Notes under the pieces: generated by a model
The model's input: only the letters and a program-made list of their open reading frames with translations
Database searches by the model: none
What the model was told of the DNA's origin: nothing
Program-made: the position numbers and the translations under genes
DNA from: Candidatus Poribacteria bacterium
GTDB taxonomy: Bacteria; Poribacteria; WGA-4E; WGA-3G
DNA: 64,000 nucleotides
Reading direction: 5' to 3'
Assembly (NCBI GenBank): GCA_964291315.2
Contig: OZ219750.1
Location: 192,001 to 256,000 of the forward strand
Part shown: positions 56,431 to 64,000 of the stretch, piece by piece
How positions within the stretch are numbered: position 1 is the first letter of the stretch
Layout of the letters: every line of letters starts with the position of its first letter

Positions 56431-57462
56431 CTAAAACCGAATCCTAAGGGATATCCGATGGCTGCCGCCTAATGCTGGATGGTTCGCAAATGCATAATCT
56501 AGACCTGCCCCTGCCCCTGTGACGAACCGAAGATTCAACCCAGCACCGGTGGTTAATTGATAGATACTCTCAAGGCTGCCATGCAGCTCAGCGAGGCCAA
56601 TCCGTAGGGCAATCAAGTCAAACAGCGTCCATTCAGCCCCGGTGTGCATCTCAACACCGTCTTTAATATAGGTATCTAACGCAAGGATAAATACACTTCG
56701 GAACACGCTGAGCTTATGCGTTGTTGCAATGCTGATTTTGAGATGAGGTGGTATTGTTTCAGTGTAGGATGTCTGATCTGCTGACGGTGGCGGTGTGTTC
56801 CAATAAAGCTTTGTCTGGAAGGCATCGCTTGCTTGCAGACCGAGCGTCAGCTGATGTGGCTTTTCTGGGTTTGTCATTCCAATGAAACCGATGTCCACAC
56901 CGCCACCAACGGCGTTTGTCCTCCGATAGCCGCTCATGTAAAGAAGTTTGAGCGTGCCCCCACCCTGAAAATCTATACCGTAGAAAGATGGCAAACGCCA
57001 GCCCGACCCAAAAAGGAAAGCGTTGTCTGTATTGTTAAAAGTACCTACAACCTCAGGGCGATTTGTCGCTCCGACGGGACGACTAGCAACTGGCAGCCCA
57101 GTAATCGGAATATCATCAACGCCGACGCGCAGCCAACTCACCCCGATCGCTCCTCGGTTTTTGAATGGGTATATACAACTGACAAAATCGTAAGCATCCT
57201 CTCTGTTGAGCGTAGAGTGCATAAAACTGACTTCGCGTAGGGTTAGTCCTCCTAACGCAGCAGAATTCCAGTATGGTGCGTAAGCGTCAGCACTCAAAGC
57301 AGTTCCTGCTCCTCCCATGGCAAGAACACGTCCACCAACCCCAAGAGTCAGGAAATCAGCTGTGTATTTCGCGTCTGCGGTTAAGAGTCCAACACAACAT
57401 GCAATTATAGACGCGATAGAGCAGAAAATATGTTTTTTAGGGTGTTTCATCTTTGTCGCCAT
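56431..57462 (-). CDS. PorV/PorQ (UPF0164)-like outer-membrane barrel
   Basis: Signal peptide; 'ADFLTLGVGGRVLAMGGA...DAYAPYWNSAAL'; 'LDYAF..HP.LG.SHRISLRIRF' C-terminus. Confidence 0.82.
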   Translation of the reverse strand: MATKMKHPKKHIFCSIASIIACCVGLLTADAKYTADFLTLGVGGRVLAMGGAGTALSADAYAPYWNSAALGGLTLREVSFMHSTLNREDAYDFVSCIYPFKNRGAIGVSWLRVGVDDIPITGLPVASRPVGATNRPEVVGTFNNTDNAFLFGSGWRLPSFYGIDFQGGGTLKLLYMSGYRRTNAVGGGVDIGFIGMTNPEKPHQLTLGLQASDAFQTKLYWNTPPPSADQTSYTETIPPHLKISIATTHKLSVFRSVFILALDTYIKDGVEMHTGAEWTLFDLIALRIGLAELHGSLESIYQLTTGAGLNLRFVTGAGAGLDYAFANHPALGGSHRISLRIRF

Positions 57463-57557
57463 CGTCTCTCAGTAGAATGGCTCTCAGTTGTAGGCTTTCG
57501 TTCACCAAGATCTTCTTGCGGACTGTTGCCGGTTATTTCGTCGCCCCCTGATAACCA

Positions 57558-60500
57558 TTATCGCAATTTCATCATTTTGAGTATTTCTGTGATGTCTTTT
57601 TCACCGTTTCGCTTGATCTGGAGTTTCGCGTAGTAAACACCATTCGCTACCTCAATACCGTTGGCATCCGTACCATCCCATTCCACCATGAGGAAGCCAG
57701 GGGTGGCTGGCATCGATAACTCGCGGATGAGTCGTCCACCTAGCGTATAAATTTTTACAACTAGAGAATCTGCAGGGGCGGTTAATTCACAAGTGAGCGT
57801 AGTTTTGCGGGGAAACGGATTTGGGTAGTTCAAAAACGATAAGAGTTGTAGCGTGGCGTGAACCCGGAATGTACTGCTCTCTGTGTCAGTATTTCCATGT
57901 ACATCGCTGGCCGTTAGTCGAATTTCATACTCTCGCGGTTCCAGTTCAGGAGATAGATATGTTAAAATAAGCTGATTTGATCCGGGGTGATGGGTCAACT
58001 CATATGCTTCCGGATCGATTGCTTCATAAGAAAAACCATTTCCAAGTTCTAACAAGAGCGGATGGGTGAGATAATCGATTCCACTCGGATCGGTTAGCGT
58101 TGCTCCAATGAGCGGTTCAGCATCTACTGCATCCCCTGGGACAAAATGTTGCTGATTGCCAATTGTCAACTGTATGTCAGGTGCCACAGTATCGTCACTG
58201 TGTAAAAGTGTAACCGTCCCGAGCTGGCCCGTCGTAGCTCTAACGGTACCGACAGACCGGGTTTCAAATCGAAACCGATCGCCAGAGGTAAAGGAACGCT
58301 TTCCTTGTGTGATCTGAAAACGCAAACCGTAAGGCTCATAAAAGAAGGGTTGTTCGACAGTTCCGCGGTGTGGTTCATTTTCATCTTGCGATCGCAGAAC
58401 ACCGGTTTTTTCGCCTTCAACCTGAAACTCCTCGTTGGAAAGAAAAAAGATAACCCATCGATCTTCGGGCATCGTAGTGTCTGTTGGAAGTTGAATGTAA
58501 CTGACTGTTCCGGACCCTCGATTAAGATCCCCGAATCCAGATGCATACCAACGCAGTTCACGCTGTGAAGTGCCCTTGAGCCCCTGATCAGTATCCAGAG
58601 GCTGCTCAAGAGAAGTTATGTTGAAAGTCCAAATATCACCGAAACGGAAAGGCTCTTCGGAATCAGTTTCCATATTAATCGCAAATCCGTATCTAAAATT
58701 AGGATAATCCGTACTGAAACCTATCAATTGCTCACTCGGTGCAATCACTGCTAATTCTTCCAGTACCTGTGTGTTTTCCCTGTATGGTGCGTGAAGTAAT
58801 CGATAGGTTTGAGGGCCTGTAAAAAGTAGAACGTATTTTCCAATCGGGGCGCCATCGGGATGGATGCGGATATTTCGGAGCTTGCCCTGCCCAACGTTTT
58901 CTGCTTCTATATCGGTTACCTGTAACCTTTGCTGTAAGTTTCCTGTTGTATCGGTCAATACTTGAGAGGGGAGCCGGATCCAGTTGCTGAGCGTTGAACT
59001 CCACTGGTAAACACCTATCTCACGGGATCGGGATTCGACTGCGGTCTCAATCGTCGCGGCTGTATCCGAGCCGTCAGTAACCTCCTCTGCACTTCCTAAT
59101 AATTCTTTAGCAAGCTGCGTGCCAAGTGCCCCAAGATCGAAACTGAAGTCAATTGCCATTGGAGAAGTTAACTGGATCGAACCTTGGGCATTACGATCAA
59201 CAATATCATCATATGTCTGAGTGCCCTCTCCTGTACCTGTATCAATGAGGAGCTCGTAGCCGTAGGTGTTACCGGGGAGTGGGACACGCTTGGTGGAGGT
59301 GTTGTCGGAAACCGTCCTGCCGTCTGGCTGCATCTCACCCATAACAGTAAACATGTTGTTCCCCGTTGGTAGCTGGTAGCTGGTAGCTGAGAGCGTAGCA
59401 ACCTGAAGCACAGTTCGGTTTTGAAGTACGCCAGGCGGCACGGTAACAACACAGTTTCCATCCAAACTGGTAATCTGATTTGAGAAGTCCGTTCCTATCA
59501 CCCCCATATCAACGGAGATTCGTCGATAGGCAATATTATCATCCTCTTCGTTTTCAAGGACTTTGCCTGGTTGATCCGATTCACTGAAGTTTGGATCTAC
59601 ATAGACAAATATGTCGTGGATGCCGAGAGGCAGCCCGCTAAGATACTCCGAATGTCTATCCACAAATGGTAAATTCGTCGTTAGTGGGAGTGTGGCCGTC
59701 GCAATTGGCAGCGTATTCAACGGATCAGATTCGTAGACCTCTCTCTCCGCAGATTCACTTTCGGAATTTGCCAATGGAGTGCGTTGTACCCAATCTTCAG
59801 GTTGAATTTGAGCTATTCCAAGAAAATTAGCATCGTTATTGGCGATTGTATCGCCGTCAACATCCGGATTTCCATAAAAAAAAGCAACTTCAACAGGTAT
59901 TTGTATTTCTTCTCCTTCCGTCTGTACGTCTGCAGAGAGATACCAGTGTTGCGCTTCGGTGTTGTAGCCATATCTAATAGCATCAACTCTGTCTACTTGT
60001 ACAACGGAGAGATTGGGATATGCATACGGATAGTAGCGTAACGCCTGACTCTTAACCGTATTACCATCTATGTCCGTGACTTGAATGTCATATCGGATGA
60101 CAGAACCATCTGTTGGGGCATCAAAAGGCTCAGGCACTGTCCACCATCCCTCTGCTGCTAAAGGTGGTGGTGCTTGGATGAGATTCACATTTTCCCACTG
60201 TCGGAGTGTGGGGTTCCGCCAATTCAAGAGTGCTGAGGCTACTTGTTCTTTTTCATCGGAAACCTGAACAGAGATACGAAATTTGTTTTTGTCGACTAAT
60301 TCTGTCCGAATATCAAGTATCTTTGGAATGTTGACTGTGAAGCTATCACCACCAACAGCGACTGTTGTGGGACTCTGTGCATAGTACTCAACATGGGCGT
60401 CGCCGCTAGCAATGTTTTGTGGGACAGCAAAGGTTACCTCCGGGTAGGTGCCGTTGCTGATGTTAAGCGTTTTAGTTAAAATTACATCACCCGTATAGTA

Positions 60501-63500
60501 ATTCACAGGGCCTGAGATACCTTGTGCTACCACCGTTTTTCCAGGAAATAAAGCTTTAACGGTGAGTGCTCCGTTAAAAACGGTGTTCTTAACAAACCGT
60601 TTCGTACGGTGCAGAACATCGTAAGTGGCGGTATGAACGTATCCTGGAGCTATTCGGAGTGTATCTCCCGGCGCGACCGTTTTTGTCTCGATACTAGGTA
60701 GAATCTCGCCGTCAGCGAGAGCGAGTTGTAAAGCTGGGTCTCCGAAGAGCGTATACTCCATCATGACATCAATCTGCCCCGTGCCCTCTGTCATTAGAAG
60801 TTCCAGCTTTGAATCAAAACTTAGGGGTCCCAGTTGGCGAATATTCCGTTTAAAAAGCATATCAAAGATAATGCGATTCAAGGCATCATTTCCGCTGCCA
60901 TAGGTGAGCCGTGTGGCACTCAGCATACCGATAATGCCGCCCCTCTTTTTGCGTAACAATTTTTCCGCCATGCTCGGTTCACCGGGCTTATCAAAATAGC
61001 CATTATAGCAGCTGAGCACCAACATGAAAGGGATTTTGGCCGTTTCTTCGACCTCTTCAACATCAGCGTTGTCGAAAATAGATTCGTGTGTCCAAACGGT
61101 CCTGCCGCCGTGGCCGGCGTATTGTGCTAAGACTGCGCCTTTCCCGAGCGCGTTGATAATCCTATCTCGGGCGACGTAGCGGGGCAAGATGTTTGAATAA
61201 TCGGTTGGACGTGCCTCAACTTCATCAATAACATCTTCAAGGAAGACTTCAATGGTTTCATAACCCAATCGGGTGTGGTCCTTAGCGATTTCGTTGAGAC
61301 TCTTTTTGAAGATAAAATCCCCAGAATTGCTAACTTCGTCGTCAGCGACGGAAATAATCTTTCGCCGCCAATCTCCACTTGGTGGGTTCTGTTCATAAGC
61401 CAAGATTTTATCAACAATAGTATCGGCTTGATCGATAGTTTCAACGCTGAGTCTTCCGATGTAGAAATCCGTGAACTCATCGTGCCCAGAAACGGTGGCA
61501 TACCAGTGATCGGACGCAGTTCGACCAAAGGAATCGGTTCGAATGTAGTGTGTTGGAATATAGCCATCGAGTTCAGGAGGATCCAGGTGAATTTCCGTGT
61601 CAACGCCGCGAAAATCGAAGGTCCCGTCGCCAAAAAGGACAACATAAGTCAGGGCAGGTGGTGCCCAAGATTGATAAGCATGGGTTAGAAACGCCTTAAT
61701 TGCCTTCGGACTGACCGCTCCACCGCCAAATGTATTATATATATCGTCAGTTGTAACGATCTTTGTGCGGTATCCGCCTCCCCCAGGTGTTGCGCGCCAT
61801 GCTGCTAATCTCTGTGCTGCTGATAGGAATTTCGCGTGCGTTATAATTAAATAATCCACGCCGTGATTTATAGCTGCTAAGTCTGTAGGTGTGATAGTCT
61901 CAACACGTTCTGGTTGGCGCAAAGCAGCATCGGAAACGGCGATAAACTGAGCGTTTCGGGTATCTGACATCTGAAAAAGTGCTTTAGCTTTATACGAACT
62001 GCGGTTTTCTATGTCCGTTTCTATGGTGATACCTTGCATCCGAGCAGTGAGAATATTACCATCTGTCTCAAATATATGTATTCTTGGGTCTCGGAATGCT
62101 TTAATTTCATATTGGAGTTTGCGTCCACCAGTCGGTTTCGCTTGGGGATCCGCATCAGAAGTAGGTGAGGTGAACCACAATTCATCTGCCACAGCTCGGA
62201 AAAGACGGGTGTACTCAACAGAAAAACGGTTGAGATAGACATGATACGGATACCGGGTGGTGTCCTCATCGATATTGTCGTCAACACGCGCAAGAGACAA
62301 GACGTTCAGCTCGCCTCTACTGCTGTCTTTAAGCGTATCCCAAGCACGCAAGGTGCGTTCGACTGTCAGTGTATCTTGCTGCTCCCATTTTGCAAATTCT
62401 ATTCGGACACCATTGATAGCGACTAAGATTTCATGTGATACCGGTGTGCCCCCCTGCAGGTCCACCGAAACATGTATCGGATCAAAACTTTTGGCAATAT
62501 CATAAAGCGGAAATTCAAGGATCATTTCACCGACATTGCTTCCATTTTTGATACCATCCCAGTACCAGAAATCCAGTGCTTCGAACCATCCATGTTTATC
62601 ACCCGGCGAAACGACATCTGTATACACGAATTCAAGGTTGTTCGTAAGGTAATTCTCTTCAAAGGTCACTTTAGAGCGAAAGGTGGGAACCTGTGTTGCA
62701 GTCGGGTCGGTCGGACTAGCGGTGATCTGTGGGACCCGCGCTGGAATACGCCCTGTATTGTCAAGCGTGAGCCAATAGATATTCCAACGGCTATAGGGGT
62801 TTTTCGGTTTATGTCCGAGGAAAAAAATCGTGTCCTGCACATCAAAACTGCCATCGTTTGCTCCACTGATGTAGACAGGGATTTCTCTGTTTTCATGTGA
62901 GAGTCGAAGCTTCGATGGATCTGTTCCGACAAGTCTCACGCCCCAATTCTGCTGTAGGGCACCTCCTGTTAGTGAGTAGATGCCGGTTTCTTTGACGAAC
63001 AGCTTATAACGAACTTCCCCGGTGTCCTCGATAGGAACGGGTGCTGGTGCAGCAGGGATCGACGAACGAGGTAATCGGAAGCTGCGCGCCTGCTCAGCGT
63101 TGAGAAGTTGATGGGATAAGGCACGTTCAAAGGCTTCTGATTCTGGCACAGCTATGCTTGTATTATATGCCTTAGTCTGAAATTGCGATTCCAACCCTTG
63201 ATATGCTAATGAAGTTCCCTGTTTTGGCTTGGAGAAACGGATGGTGACCGTGAATTGCGAATAAAGACGCAATTGGTGGGATTTCGGTAAATATTGCACC
63301 GGATATAACGCCAATGCAATGACGCGTTGATTCCGAATATAGCCTTCCCGTACGACGCGGGCAAGAGGGAGCCCCGGATATGAAAGAGTCGCAGTATTTG
63401 ACTGATAGGCACTCCCACTTTCTGTCCAGCGTTGTGTTGCTGAGTATTGTGTGCGCCTGTGTGCGTCGAAAACAGAGACCGGCATGAGACGGACACCAGA

Positions 63501-63860
63501 GCGTGTCTCAGCGGGGGCTGCGGAAATATCAACTGCTTCTATTTCAACCGACGCGGGGAGACCTAACATCAACCGTGTGACAGGAACTTTCGGATTGCCT
63601 GGTTCATCAGTGAAGCGACAATCGGCGTAACCAACCTGTTGGTAACGGACATTGTCTCGAATTACCTCAGAGATGGATAGTTCTGGTAAAGTGAATTGAA
63701 CCGTAATTCCGTTGTCTGATGTAACCTGCGTGATGTATGCGGACGCGCTACATATCGTGAAAAAGAAGAGTATCTGGATGCTGAGTATGACACCAAGCCT
63801 AAGCTGTGTAAGCAATGACTTGTGCTTTGTTTTCATCTGTTGTAGGAATGCTTGCGTCAT
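57558..63860 (-). CDS. C25-family cysteine peptidase (PorU/gingipain-like) with C-terminal FlgD-Ig/CTD
   Basis: Propeptide 'PGNPKVP'; 'YKLFVKETGIY'; DYLIIT; YVVLFGDG; SDHWY; IGRL; catalytic YAGHG and LSCYNGYFD; LFGDPA; NYPNPF...WDG.D..G..VANGVY. Confidence 0.88.
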   Translation of the reverse strand: MTQAFLQQMKTKHKSLLTQLRLGVILSIQILFFFTICSASAYITQVTSDNGITVQFTLPELSISEVIRDNVRYQQVGYADCRFTDEPGNPKVPVTRLMLGLPASVEIEAVDISAAPAETRSGVRLMPVSVFDAHRRTQYSATQRWTESGSAYQSNTATLSYPGLPLARVVREGYIRNQRVIALALYPVQYLPKSHQLRLYSQFTVTIRFSKPKQGTSLAYQGLESQFQTKAYNTSIAVPESEAFERALSHQLLNAEQARSFRLPRSSIPAAPAPVPIEDTGEVRYKLFVKETGIYSLTGGALQQNWGVRLVGTDPSKLRLSHENREIPVYISGANDGSFDVQDTIFFLGHKPKNPYSRWNIYWLTLDNTGRIPARVPQITASPTDPTATQVPTFRSKVTFEENYLTNNLEFVYTDVVSPGDKHGWFEALDFWYWDGIKNGSNVGEMILEFPLYDIAKSFDPIHVSVDLQGGTPVSHEILVAINGVRIEFAKWEQQDTLTVERTLRAWDTLKDSSRGELNVLSLARVDDNIDEDTTRYPYHVYLNRFSVEYTRLFRAVADELWFTSPTSDADPQAKPTGGRKLQYEIKAFRDPRIHIFETDGNILTARMQGITIETDIENRSSYKAKALFQMSDTRNAQFIAVSDAALRQPERVETITPTDLAAINHGVDYLIITHAKFLSAAQRLAAWRATPGGGGYRTKIVTTDDIYNTFGGGAVSPKAIKAFLTHAYQSWAPPALTYVVLFGDGTFDFRGVDTEIHLDPPELDGYIPTHYIRTDSFGRTASDHWYATVSGHDEFTDFYIGRLSVETIDQADTIVDKILAYEQNPPSGDWRRKIISVADDEVSNSGDFIFKKSLNEIAKDHTRLGYETIEVFLEDVIDEVEARPTDYSNILPRYVARDRIINALGKGAVLAQYAGHGGRTVWTHESIFDNADVEEVEETAKIPFMLVLSCYNGYFDKPGEPSMAEKLLRKKRGGIIGMLSATRLTYGSGNDALNRIIFDMLFKRNIRQLGPLSFDSKLELLMTEGTGQIDVMMEYTLFGDPALQLALADGEILPSIETKTVAPGDTLRIAPGYVHTATYDVLHRTKRFVKNTVFNGALTVKALFPGKTVVAQGISGPVNYYTGDVILTKTLNISNGTYPEVTFAVPQNIASGDAHVEYYAQSPTTVAVGGDSFTVNIPKILDIRTELVDKNKFRISVQVSDEKEQVASALLNWRNPTLRQWENVNLIQAPPPLAAEGWWTVPEPFDAPTDGSVIRYDIQVTDIDGNTVKSQALRYYPYAYPNLSVVQVDRVDAIRYGYNTEAQHWYLSADVQTEGEEIQIPVEVAFFYGNPDVDGDTIANNDANFLGIAQIQPEDWVQRTPLANSESESAEREVYESDPLNTLPIATATLPLTTNLPFVDRHSEYLSGLPLGIHDIFVYVDPNFSESDQPGKVLENEEDDNIAYRRISVDMGVIGTDFSNQITSLDGNCVVTVPPGVLQNRTVLQVATLSATSYQLPTGNNMFTVMGEMQPDGRTVSDNTSTKRVPLPGNTYGYELLIDTGTGEGTQTYDDIVDRNAQGSIQLTSPMAIDFSFDLGALGTQLAKELLGSAEEVTDGSDTAATIETAVESRSREIGVYQWSSTLSNWIRLPSQVLTDTTGNLQQRLQVTDIEAENVGQGKLRNIRIHPDGAPIGKYVLLFTGPQTYRLLHAPYRENTQVLEELAVIAPSEQLIGFSTDYPNFRYGFAINMETDSEEPFRFGDIWTFNITSLEQPLDTDQGLKGTSQRELRWYASGFGDLNRGSGTVSYIQLPTDTTMPEDRWVIFFLSNEEFQVEGEKTGVLRSQDENEPHRGTVEQPFFYEPYGLRFQITQGKRSFTSGDRFRFETRSVGTVRATTGQLGTVTLLHSDDTVAPDIQLTIGNQQHFVPGDAVDAEPLIGATLTDPSGIDYLTHPLLLELGNGFSYEAIDPEAYELTHHPGSNQLILTYLSPELEPREYEIRLTASDVHGNTDTESSTFRVHATLQLLSFLNYPNPFPRKTTLTCELTAPADSLVVKIYTLGGRLIRELSMPATPGFLMVEWDGTDANGIEVANGVYYAKLQIKRNGEKDITEILKMMKLR

Positions 63861-63901
63861 TTTTCGTGTTGGTCTTCAACTCTTGGTTATCAGAGGAACA
63901 A

Positions 63902-64000
63902 TTATCTTACTTTCAAAAGGATTTTACCGAAATTGCGATTCGCTTCCATGTATTCATGGGCATGTTGTGCTTGTGCTAGCGGAAAAACAGCGTCGATAAT
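63902..64000 (-). CDS. C-terminus of NAD(P)H-quinone oxidoreductase (MDR family), partial
   Basis: Manual translation IIDAVFPLAQAQHAHEYMEANRNFGKILLKVR*. Confidence 0.8.
   Translation of the reverse strand: MIDAVFPLAQAQHAHEYMEANRNFGKILLKVR

Overview
Bacterial chromosomal window. Several features suggest a Candidatus Poribacteria-like genome (inference): a PhyH dioxygenase, many sugar-acid dehydratases/epimerases, ECF sigma paralogues, heptamer intergenic repeats and a C-terminal 'LTTLWGGIK' motif. It has five parts. (1) 1-11664: an uncharacterised minus-strand operon of a 2452-aa M28-fold/LysM/Ca-repeat/FtsX fusion, a 58-aa two-TM ORF missing from the ORF track, an OPT-like transporter, a two-repeat hypothetical protein, a stand-alone PqqD/RRE protein and a LolD-type ABC ATPase, with a divergent XRE regulator. 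This is the best candidate for an undescribed system. (2) 12.5-23.2 kb: carbohydrate/redox catabolic genes, including a GH172-like enzyme abutting a 1265-aa unknown. (3) ~23.4-37.5 kb: a rearranged accessory region with duplicated ECF sigma modules, four related Cys/His microproteins, a GT-C glycosyltransferase, a flippase-like protein, a TolB-like protein, a MacB-type permease and IS630, IS982, M48, ABC and sigma remnants. (4) 37.8-56.4 kb: core-like genes (Rieske/cytochrome b, orphan N4-C methyltransferase, pilD and pseudopilin with an NtrY/NtrX-like pair, pgi, peptidoglycan recycling amiE-namZ-anmK). (5) 56.4-63.9 kb: a PorV-like barrel next to a 2100-aa C25 (PorU-like) peptidase, resembling a type IX secretion attachment module. 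No rRNA, tRNA or CRISPR array was seen. All calls come from motifs read by eye; no searches were run.
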